56,106 nucleotides of DNA from Dehalococcoidia bacterium (GTDB lineage: Bacteria > Chloroflexota > Dehalococcoidia > Lucifugimonadales > CAJWER01): contig OY762633.1 of assembly GCA_963666125.1 (NCBI GenBank), positions 1-56,106 on the forward strand. The letters run 5' to 3'. Both the position numbers and the translations under genes were made by a program. Within the stretch, counting starts at the first letter, position 1, and every line of letters begins with the position of its first letter. Shown here in pieces: positions 1 through 8,173 of this stretch. Under the pieces are notes generated by a model. That model was not told the DNA's origin and made no database searches. It was given only the letters and a program-made list of their open reading frames with translations.

Positions 1-133
1 ACGTGGTAATCTGGAGCCGGAAGCAGTACCGGCCCCGCCCCCGCCTCTGCCGTTCCGACGGCGAGATCATGCCCTTTCGAGCCTACTGCGCCCAGTTCTA
101 TCCCGACCCGCGCGATCCGGCGCCAGGTGCCTC

Positions 134-2626
134 ATGAACAACACACTCGGTTGGCTTAGCCGGCTGGTCACGGCTCGCCCATACGTCACGATAGCCGTCC
201 TCCTCGCCATCACCGTCCTGCTGGGTGCTGGTGCGACGCGGCGCGCGCCGCCCACGGAGGGGGCCGACGTGGCGTTCCTTCCGCCAGGCCACGCCGTCGC
301 CGAGGCGGTCAGTGATATAGACGAGCTCTTCGGGGACTCCGGGGACTTCAGGGTCGCGACGCTCCTCTTCCGCGGGGAGGCGCTCACGCCCGGCGGCCTC
401 TCCCAGATGGACGCCCTGGTCGATGACGTCGTCGCCGACCCTGCTGTGAGGGGGCTGCTTGCGCCCGCCAATGCCGTCGTCGCGCCCTCGTCCCTGGTCG
501 CCGCCGCGCTCCAGGTGGACGACTTCGAGTCGGTCACCCAGGCGCAGATCGACTCCGTCCGAAACGTCCCGGAGATATGGGGCGCCCTGGCCGCGATGAC
601 CGGCGCCGACGAGGACGGCACGCCCGTCGCCATCGCCAACATCCGCCTGACCGACACGGGCGACGATAGGATCGTGGCCGCCGAACGGAGGATCAACGAG
701 CTTGCCGCCGCGGACGAGGGTCCGCTGCGCGTGAGCAGCCTGTCGCCGGCGATCTTCGAGGACGAGTACAAGCAGGCCACGGAGCAGGGCATGGCGCCGC
801 TGATAGGGCTGGCCCTCCTGCTGATCGCCGTGCTGCTGCTGCTCTTCACCCGCGCCGTCTCGGACATGCTCCTGGCGCTGGCGGGCCTCTTCATGGCGAT
901 CGTCTGGATCGTCGGGGCGGAGGGCTGGCTCGGGCCGAATGCGCTGGGCGTGATAGGCCCTCCCAGCTCCCTCTCCACCATGGTGCCCGTCATCATCATA
1001 AGCCTCACGGTGGACTACGCGATCCAGGCGGTCTCCCACTACCGAGAACAGCGCGTCCAAGGCAGGCCGGTTACGGCGGCCGTGCGGCTCGGGCTGCAGC
1101 ACGTCACGGTCCCGCTGACCCTCGCCGCCGTCACGACCATAGTCAGCCTGCTGGTGACCCTCTTCTCGCCCATCGGGGTGATCGGCGACTTCGGCGTCGT
1201 CGCGGGGCTGGGCGTGGGAATGAGCCTGGTGGTGATGCTCACGCTCCTTCCGGCCGGCCGGACGATCATCGACCGGCGGCGCGAGGCGCGCGGCAACCTG
1301 AAGCCCGCCCGCCCGATCTCCAACGCGTTGCCCGGCATCCCCCGGGTGGCTGAGAAGCTGGGGCACTGGGTTACGCGCCGCCCGGCGCCCTACATAGTCG
1401 CAGTGGTCCTCGTGACGATTGCCCTCGGGTACGCCGCCACGGGACTGGAGTCCGAGTTCAGCATCAAGGACGTCCTGCCCCGGGGCGGGGGCGTGCTGGA
1501 GGACATGAATACCATCGAGGCGGCCGTCGGCGGCTCGACGGAGGTCGCCAGCCTGCTGGTCAGGGCCGAGGTCACGGAGAGCCGGACCCTCCTGAACCTC
1601 CACGATCTCACGGCCGCCTTCGAGAATGATCGGCGCCGGCCGCCGGCCGCCGCGGGGCCGATACAGGGATCGTACCGAGACCTCATTCACGACTGGACCA
1701 ACGACTCCGGGGAACCCGGCGACAAGTACGATCCGGAGCTGGAGGCGCTCTTCCGCGAAGCCTCCCCCGGCGTGGAGCTCGACCCGGCGCTGATGCAGGA
1801 GCTCGTCGACAGGCTCGTCGCCAGGGAGCCCGGCCTGGCCCGCTTCCTGGTCAACGATCCGGATGGCGTCGATACGATGCTGCTCCAGTTCCCGGCGTAC
1901 CTGGACGATCCAGGGCAGACGAGGATGCTCCAGGAGGAGATCGAGGAGCGCTGGCTCGGCGACGACAGGGCCGTCACGGCGACTTCGGGCAACATCGTCG
2001 CCGTTGCGGTCGCGGACCAGATCACCGAGGGACAGACGGCGGCGATCAGCACCACCATTGCCGTGGCCCTGACCATTCTCACCATCTTCTTCTGGGTGAC
2101 GCTGCGCCAGCCCGCGCTGGGTATCGTCGCCGTGGGGCCCATCGTCTTCGTACTCATCTGCGTGCTGGGCACCATGGCGCTGCTGGGCATTCCCTACACG
2201 CTGATCACCTCGATAATCACGGCGCTGTCCATCGGCATCGGGGTGGACTACACCATCCACGTGATCCATCGCTACCGTGAGGAGTTCGCCCGGCTGCGCA
2301 ACCCCGAGCAGGCGGCGATCCAGACCCTCGCGACCACCGGCTCGGCGCTGTTGGGCTCCGCGCTGACGACGGCGTTCGGGTTCGGGGTGCTGATAGCCTC
2401 GCCCCTGGCCGCGTCGCAGCAGTTCGGCATCACCGCGACCATCACCATCGTCTACTCCCTGGCGGTCTCCGTCCTGGTGGTGCTGCCCGCCATGGTGGTC
2501 TGGGGCGCTTACCAGAACATGAAGCTGCGCTCGACCGTGCTCCGCTGGGCCGACGAGTTGGAGGAGCTCGACGAGGTAATCGAGGACGTGTACCGGCGCC
2601 ACGAGGAGGAACAGGGCACGTCGTAG
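134..2626 (+). CDS. MMPL/RND-family membrane transporter (two MMPL repeats)
   Basis: 830 aa ORF with two sets of ~6 hydrophobic helices, each with a large extracytoplasmic loop; MMPL-type motifs TVDYAIQ and GIGVDYTIH. Confidence 0.85.
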   Translation: MNNTLGWLSRLVTARPYVTIAVLLAITVLLGAGATRRAPPTEGADVAFLPPGHAVAEAVSDIDELFGDSGDFRVATLLFRGEALTPGGLSQMDALVDDVVADPAVRGLLAPANAVVAPSSLVAAALQVDDFESVTQAQIDSVRNVPEIWGALAAMTGADEDGTPVAIANIRLTDTGDDRIVAAERRINELAAADEGPLRVSSLSPAIFEDEYKQATEQGMAPLIGLALLLIAVLLLLFTRAVSDMLLALAGLFMAIVWIVGAEGWLGPNALGVIGPPSSLSTMVPVIIISLTVDYAIQAVSHYREQRVQGRPVTAAVRLGLQHVTVPLTLAAVTTIVSLLVTLFSPIGVIGDFGVVAGLGVGMSLVVMLTLLPAGRTIIDRRREARGNLKPARPISNALPGIPRVAEKLGHWVTRRPAPYIVAVVLVTIALGYAATGLESEFSIKDVLPRGGGVLEDMNTIEAAVGGSTEVASLLVRAEVTESRTLLNLHDLTAAFENDRRRPPAAAGPIQGSYRDLIHDWTNDSGEPGDKYDPELEALFREASPGVELDPALMQELVDRLVAREPGLARFLVNDPDGVDTMLLQFPAYLDDPGQTRMLQEEIEERWLGDDRAVTATSGNIVAVAVADQITEGQTAAISTTIAVALTILTIFFWVTLRQPALGIVAVGPIVFVLICVLGTMALLGIPYTLITSIITALSIGIGVDYTIHVIHRYREEFARLRNPEQAAIQTLATTGSALLGSALTTAFGFGVLIASPLAASQQFGITATITIVYSLAVSVLVVLPAMVVWGAYQNMKLRSTVLRWADELEELDEVIEDVYRRHEEEQGTS

Positions 2627-2634
2627 AGAGGGCC

Positions 2635-4020
2635 TCAGCCCTTCGCTTTCCTGAAGCGCCAGCCGTACATGATGCTGCCGTAGTAGTTGAACGTCCGCCT
2701 CGCCTCCGGGTCGTCGAAGGGGTAGTCCGCGCCGATCTGCCTTGCGGCGGCGATGCCGGTGATGAAGCAGGTCTCCTGGCTGTTGATCAGCGTATGGGCG
2801 CCGCAGTGCCACGTCCGCCTCCTGCCCTGGATGAAGCGGAAGAGGTGGATGAGCCACGCGACGTGGCGCACGTCGTGGACCACGTGCTGGAACCACCACC
2901 GCTTGATGATCTTTCGCTCGTCGATGGGGCTGATCGGGTTGTAGGTCACCAGGCAGGGCTTGTCCGACCCCTTGGCCCACGGCTGCTGGTTGTGCATGAT
3001 GTACGTGATCTCGTAGTTGTCCGGCCTTGCGCCGTACTGCTCTATGTGATTGCTCCGCGTCTCCAGCGCCTTCACCTCGTTGTCCGGGAGCACCGACGAG
3101 TCCGAGTGCACGACCGTATGGTTGTGCAGCTCGCTCTCGTAGCGTATCGACGAGAGGACGTAGCGCTCCATTAGCGTGGGCTTGTCCAGGGCCATCAGCG
3201 CCTGGTTGGCGTTGCACGCGAGGATCACCTCGTCGAAGGTCTCCCTCACGCCGCCCTCGTCCTCGACGACGACGTGTGACGGCCGGCGATAGACCTTTCG
3301 GACGGGCCGGTTCAGGTATATCTTGTCCCGGAAACCGGCGGACAGGTTCTCGTAGATACGCCGCGTTCCCCGGTCCCAGGTCTGCATGGGCGTGGAGGTC
3401 TCGATGTCGAAGAATTCGAGGTACCTGGAAAAGAGCGACGCGGGCATGTCGAACACGTTGGTCGCCATCAGGAAGTTGACGAACATCGGCTTCAGCACCT
3501 TGTACCTGAAGTCCCCTGAGAATCCGCCCAGGTTCAGGACCGTGCCCATGCTCACGTAGTTGAACGGGTTGAGGGCGTTCAGGAGCTTCGACCGGGCGCG
3601 GCTCAGCGCGCCGAACCGGTGCAGGCGCCCCAGGAGCCGTTGGAACTTCTCGATCTCCGACCGCAGATCGTCCCTGACGTCGGAGTCGAAGTCGTGGGCG
3701 TAGACCTGGCCTCGGTACTTCACGCTGTAGCTGAACCTGGTGTCCACCAGCTCGATGCCGAACATCTCCATCAGCAGCAGGACGTGGCGGTACACCGACG
3801 GGATGCAGGCGGTGACCGAGATGTCGAACGGGATCGAGGTGCCGTCGTCCTGGGGCATGTCGGCGGTGATCGCGTTTCCGCCGATCTGCCCCTCGGCCTC
3901 GTACAGCCGGAAGTCGAAGCGGTCCGGGTGGTGGTGCAGCGCCCACGCGGCCCCCAGCCCCGAGATGCCTCCGCCGACGATGGCTATGCGCCGCGGTTCT
4001 GTCCGGTAAGGTCTTGGCAT
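2635..4020 (-). CDS. FAD-dependent oxidoreductase (COG2907 / amine-oxidase-like, putative lipid desaturase)
   Basis: N-terminal IAIVGGGISG FAD fingerprint, YEAEGQIGG motif, C-terminal IQGRRRTWHCGA typical of this family. Confidence 0.75.
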   Translation of the reverse strand: MPRPYRTEPRRIAIVGGGISGLGAAWALHHHPDRFDFRLYEAEGQIGGNAITADMPQDDGTSIPFDISVTACIPSVYRHVLLLMEMFGIELVDTRFSYSVKYRGQVYAHDFDSDVRDDLRSEIEKFQRLLGRLHRFGALSRARSKLLNALNPFNYVSMGTVLNLGGFSGDFRYKVLKPMFVNFLMATNVFDMPASLFSRYLEFFDIETSTPMQTWDRGTRRIYENLSAGFRDKIYLNRPVRKVYRRPSHVVVEDEGGVRETFDEVILACNANQALMALDKPTLMERYVLSSIRYESELHNHTVVHSDSSVLPDNEVKALETRSNHIEQYGARPDNYEITYIMHNQQPWAKGSDKPCLVTYNPISPIDERKIIKRWWFQHVVHDVRHVAWLIHLFRFIQGRRRTWHCGAHTLINSQETCFITGIAAARQIGADYPFDDPEARRTFNYYGSIMYGWRFRKAKG

Positions 4021-4036
4021 ATGGCTACGAGAAAAC

Positions 4037-4045
4037 TGGTATAAT
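4037..4045 (+). promoter_or_regulatory. Extended -10 promoter (TGgTATAAT) for the methyltransferase
   Basis: TGGTATAAT in the divergent intergenic gap, 54 nt before the TTG at 4099. Confidence 0.55.
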
Positions 4046-4098
4046 CTTGCTCGCTCAGCCCTTGGGCTGATTCTTCAGCTAGGTGTGTATCCCCTATT

Positions 4099-5163
4099 TT
4101 GAGAAGTCTCCTGCAACTCCGCAAGCTGTCCAAGGGGCTGAAGGCCGCGTACCGTGCCAGGGACGTCCGTCGTAGCGTGAGAAACTTCGATGGATGGACG
4201 GACAGGGCGCTCGTGGATGATGGCGGCGCGGCGGGCTACGACCACGCCGAAACCGTCAGGGAATACTACGACCTTTGCAGCGAGTTCATGGTGTACGGTT
4301 GGGGCGATTCCCTCCACTTCGCGCCGCTGTCGCCCAGCGAGAGCCTGGAGGACTCCAAGGCCCGGCATCAGCGACTGATGATCGCCAAGCTGGAGCTGCG
4401 CGAGGGCATGACGGTGATCGACGTCGGCTGTGGGATCGGCGGCCCGATGCGCCGCGTCGTCCGGGAGGCCGGTGTCAGGGTGGTCGGGGTCAATAGCAGC
4501 GAAGTCCAGCTAGACAGGGCGAAATCGTTGGACGCCGAGGCGGGGACCGGCCACATGGTCGACTACCTCGCGTGCAGCTTCATGGACATGGACGCAATCG
4601 CCGACGACACGTTCGACCGGGGCTACGCCATCGAATCCACGTGCCATGCGCCGGACAAGGCGGGCGCGTTCGCCGAGATCTACCGTGTGCTGAAACCCGG
4701 GGCCCTCTTCTGGGGCCAGGAAATGTGCATGACGGACAAGTTCGATCCCGGCGATAGCCGGCACCGGGCCCTCAAGCAGGACCTGATGCACGGCATCGCG
4801 CTCAGGGATATAGCCACTACGGCCGAGGTGGACCGGGCCCTCGAAACGGCGGGGTTCGAGGTTATCGAGGGGAGGGACCGGGCCGTCGAAGAGAACGGTC
4901 TTACCATGCCGTGGTATCAGCCCATGGAAACCCTGCGTGGAATGCCGGGCAGCGCCCTGCGCAGGACCCCGCTGGGCCGCAGGCTGTTCCAGAGGGCATC
5001 CAGGCTGGCCGAGGCGTTGGGGGTGTTCCCCAGGGGTTCCGTGGACGTCATTGCGCTGCTGGATCGTACCGCCAACGCCTACGTCGCGGGCGGCAGGGCC
5101 GGGGTCTTCACGCCGTTGTACTGTTTCCTGGCCCGCAAGCCCCTGGGGGCGTCTCCTCCCTAG
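4099..5163 (+). CDS. SAM-dependent methyltransferase, sterol C-24 methyltransferase (ERG6/SMT)-like
   Basis: SMT signature regions: YYDLCSEFMVYGWGDSLHFAP (I), IDVGCGIGGP (II), YAIESTCHAP (III), IYRVLKPG...EMCMT (IV); C-terminal G.FTP...FLARKP. Confidence 0.8.
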   Translation: MRSLLQLRKLSKGLKAAYRARDVRRSVRNFDGWTDRALVDDGGAAGYDHAETVREYYDLCSEFMVYGWGDSLHFAPLSPSESLEDSKARHQRLMIAKLELREGMTVIDVGCGIGGPMRRVVREAGVRVVGVNSSEVQLDRAKSLDAEAGTGHMVDYLACSFMDMDAIADDTFDRGYAIESTCHAPDKAGAFAEIYRVLKPGALFWGQEMCMTDKFDPGDSRHRALKQDLMHGIALRDIATTAEVDRALETAGFEVIEGRDRAVEENGLTMPWYQPMETLRGMPGSALRRTPLGRRLFQRASRLAEALGVFPRGSVDVIALLDRTANAYVAGGRAGVFTPLYCFLARKPLGASPP

Positions 5164-7166
5164 ACCGGCAGCTCGCGCCTCTGCTCGACGATGTGGAACT
5201 TCAGGTCCTTGCTCGGGGACGGGCTCGGAATCGGGCTGAACCGGAGCTTGTAGTCCAAGGGGGCGACCCCGATGTTGAAGTAGTGGGAGAGCATCAGCAC
5301 GGTGACGGAGAGCTGTAGCTCCAGCCACTGGGAGCCGAGACACCTGTGGGTGCCCAGTCCGAATGGGGCGTATCCGAGACTGCGATGCTCGTTGCGCGGG
5401 GGCTGGTAGCGGTCGATGTCGAAGGTGAACGGGTCGGGGAAGATGTCTTCCATGTAGTGAGTTGCCGTCTGTGCAATGAAGATATGCGACCCCACCGGCA
5501 GCTCGTAGCCCTCGACCACACACGAGTTCACCACGGTTCGGATGGACATGGGGGCGATGGGGTACATGCGCAGGCATTCCATGAGGAAGCGGTGAGTGAC
5601 GTCGAGTGCGGCCGGGGTGAAGTCGCCGCGCTCCGGATCGCCGCCGTCGAACAGGTCATCGGCTTCGGCCTGGATCCTGCGGAAGAGCTCCGGCTGTGAC
5701 GCCATGGCGTAGAGGGCGAAGCTCAACGTATCGCCGACGTACATGCTTGCGATGACCGCTGCCGAAAGGGCGAAACGCAGGTTGGCCTCCGGGATAAGCT
5801 GCGGGTCGCTCGCGTGCAGGCTGAGAATGTCATCCGCGAGGTCCCGGGGAGCGCCGGCCCGCTGGGCGGGGGTATGGACGCTCTGGATCCGTTCCACAAG
5901 GGTGTTAATGGATTTCGCCCGGCGCCTCATGCCCGGGGTGTTCAGCATGAATTTGGGCAGCATCTGCAGCAGGTGAGTGGAGAGGGCCCGTTCCTTGTAC
6001 TCGACCATGTCGTCGAAGAGGTCCTGCGAGTCGACGCCGATGAAGAGCGGCGACATTTGCTCGTTGATAAGTCGCCGGCACATGGTCGTGGCGGGGAGGT
6101 GGTCTCCAACCCTGAAACTCGCCATGTACGACCTGGTGTGACTGTAGAGCTGTTCGAGCTGCTCCATCAGCCTCCCGCGGGAGTATCCCGGCTGCAGGGC
6201 CTTGCGGAGCCGGAAATGATCTGCGCCATCGAGGGTAGGGAGTATCCCCGACGAGCCATATATCTTCTCGAAGTCCTGGAAATAGTCCCTGGACTTCAGG
6301 TACATGCGCCCGTTCCGATGCGCCCAGCGGTTCGTCTCGGGTCCGGCCAGGAATATCATGGGTTTGGAGAACGGACGGCGTATCCGGTACACCGGGCCGT
6401 ACTCCTGGGCAAGTTTCGCGAAGAGCGCGGGGATGTTGCGGTCGCGAACGTGTGGATTGAGCATCAACCTCGTCAGGGGAACCGTCGGGATCTCCTTGGT
6501 GAGGGCGGAATGTCGAAGCGAGGGGCCCGCCATGTTGCTGCTCACCGCTTCGGCGATGGACCGGCCGATCAGGTCCATCTGGCAGATGGACCTGATGCGC
6601 TCCTCCGTCTCGTCATCATCGAGCTGGAACATGAAGCGGAAGACGTCGCACGTATTGACGAGGCAGATGAGGATGATGTCCCTCGGATCGGGGATATCGT
6701 TGTTGAAGATCACCCTGCCGACGCGCGTCCTGACGAACTTGATCGTGGATTCTCCCGATGAGTCGTCGGACGTCTGCCAGGCAGTGCGGGCCAGGGTCCA
6801 GTAATCGCCTTCGTGGTGTTGCAGTATATTCAGGTCGACGAGGCGGTCCAGGGTCGAGTCGATGATCGACTCCGCGCGGGGGGCGAGCCGTTCGATCCAG
6901 TACCGGGTCTCTCTCGGCTCCGGTTCGGCCGCGATCTCCGCCAGGATGGGGTCCAGGGCGGGATCGCCCGTCTCCGTATCGTCCAGGAGGAACAGGGACT
7001 CCAGGTCCGTGTCGATGCGAGTCAGGAGCGATAGCTCCGCGAGTACGGCGCCGATCATGGCGCAGTTCAGGTCCCAGCCGGGTACCTGGTGGAAGTACCC
7101 GGACTCCTCGTTGAGGAGCATCAGGATCAGCTCTTCGGGCAGACTCAACTGCTCCATCTGCTTCAT
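5160..7166 (-). CDS. GPP34 (GOLPH3/Vps74-like) domain fused to cytochrome P450
   Basis: N-terminal ~210 aa begins LSLPEELILMLLNEESG and contains GAVLAEL and TGDPALD (GPP34-like); C-terminal P450 with ECLR (ExxR), DPFTFDIDRY (PERF region) and PFGLGTHRCLG heme motif; ATG 7166 follows a GGGGAG RBS. Confidence 0.8.
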   Translation of the reverse strand: MKQMEQLSLPEELILMLLNEESGYFHQVPGWDLNCAMIGAVLAELSLLTRIDTDLESLFLLDDTETGDPALDPILAEIAAEPEPRETRYWIERLAPRAESIIDSTLDRLVDLNILQHHEGDYWTLARTAWQTSDDSSGESTIKFVRTRVGRVIFNNDIPDPRDIILICLVNTCDVFRFMFQLDDDETEERIRSICQMDLIGRSIAEAVSSNMAGPSLRHSALTKEIPTVPLTRLMLNPHVRDRNIPALFAKLAQEYGPVYRIRRPFSKPMIFLAGPETNRWAHRNGRMYLKSRDYFQDFEKIYGSSGILPTLDGADHFRLRKALQPGYSRGRLMEQLEQLYSHTRSYMASFRVGDHLPATTMCRRLINEQMSPLFIGVDSQDLFDDMVEYKERALSTHLLQMLPKFMLNTPGMRRRAKSINTLVERIQSVHTPAQRAGAPRDLADDILSLHASDPQLIPEANLRFALSAAVIASMYVGDTLSFALYAMASQPELFRRIQAEADDLFDGGDPERGDFTPAALDVTHRFLMECLRMYPIAPMSIRTVVNSCVVEGYELPVGSHIFIAQTATHYMEDIFPDPFTFDIDRYQPPRNEHRSLGYAPFGLGTHRCLGSQWLELQLSVTVLMLSHYFNIGVAPLDYKLRFSPIPSPSPSKDLKFHIVEQRRELPV

Positions 7167-7215
7167 CGCCGCTCCCCTCTGACGTGAAGAGTCATGGATA
7201 TTGGTACCTATGGGC

Positions 7216-7245
7216 ATTCTAACCATCGACTGGGAAGAGTGGCAA
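7216..7245 (-). promoter_or_regulatory. Sigma70-type promoter for the P450 gene
   Basis: Minus-strand TTGCCA-N18-TAGAAT. Confidence 0.45.
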
Positions 7246-7279
7246 GGTGAATCACCCCGATGTAGTATTCTTCTTACCC

Positions 7280-8173
7280 ATGGATAGAGACCTCAAAGCC
7301 GCATACGACCACTGCAAGCGGGTCACGAGGGCCGAGGCCAAGAACTTCTACTACGCCTTCAGGACCCTCCCCGCACGGAAGCGGCGCGCCATCTATGCCG
7401 CCTACGCATTCTGCCGCCTCTGCGACGACATAGCCGACGGCGACCTCCCGCCGGACGAGAAGCGCCGCCTCCTCGATGAGATGCGCAGCCGCCTGGCGCC
7501 CGGGAGCGGTGCGGACGCGCATCCCGTATTCATGGCGCTGCGCGACGCCGTGGACTCATACGGCATACCCGTGCGCCATCTCGGCGAGGTGATCGACGGC
7601 GTCGAGATGGACCTCGCGAAGACCCGGTACGCTACGTTCGAGGAGCTGAGGGGCTACTGCTACCTGGTCGCCTCGGCGGTGGGGTTGGTCTGCATCGAGA
7701 TTTTCGGATACGCGGACCCGAAGGCGAGGGAGCACGCGGTGGACCTGGGGCTGGCCATGCAGCTCACGAACATACTCCGGGACGTGCGCGAGGATTCGCG
7801 CAGGGGCCGCATTTACCTGCCCCTCGACGAGCTGGAGCGGTTCGGGTACGCGGAGAGCGACCTGGAGCGCGGCGTGGTGAACGAGCCCTTCCGCCGGCTC
7901 ATGGGCTTCCAGGCGGCCCGGGCGCGGGAGCACTTCGAGCGCGGGCGACGGATCGTCCCGCTGCTCTCGGCGGACTCCAGGGCGTGCCTGGCCCTGCTGC
8001 ACGGCGTGTACAGCTCGATACTCGACCGGATCGAGGAGTCGGGATTCGACGTGTACAGCCGCCGGGTCGGCCTCACGACGCGCGAGAAGCTGCTCCTGAT
8101 GGCGAGGCTGTGGGCGACCAGCCTCGTCCCCGCCGTGCTGACGCCCACCCGGCGCGGGCGCTCGCAGCCTTGA
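7280..8173 (+). CDS. Squalene/phytoene synthase family protein (HpnD/CrtB-like)
   Basis: NFYYAF, CDDIAD, YCYLVASAVG, QLTNILRDVRED and GRIYLP motifs of head-to-head prenyl synthases. Confidence 0.9.
   Translation: MDRDLKAAYDHCKRVTRAEAKNFYYAFRTLPARKRRAIYAAYAFCRLCDDIADGDLPPDEKRRLLDEMRSRLAPGSGADAHPVFMALRDAVDSYGIPVRHLGEVIDGVEMDLAKTRYATFEELRGYCYLVASAVGLVCIEIFGYADPKAREHAVDLGLAMQLTNILRDVREDSRRGRIYLPLDELERFGYAESDLERGVVNEPFRRLMGFQAARAREHFERGRRIVPLLSADSRACLALLHGVYSSILDRIEESGFDVYSRRVGLTTREKLLLMARLWATSLVPAVLTPTRRGRSQP

Noticed and set aside
98..3946. 1282-aa minus-strand ORF and many other long overlapping ORFs (e.g. 13749-15887, 16745-18775, 31031-32803)
   Set aside because: Shadow frames of high-GC genes; Arg/Gly/Pro-rich with no motifs, and they overlap well-supported genes
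7280..8173. Complete hopanoid or carotenoid biosynthesis cluster
   Set aside because: No cyclase, HpnC/HpnE or CrtI-type desaturase can be identified in the window
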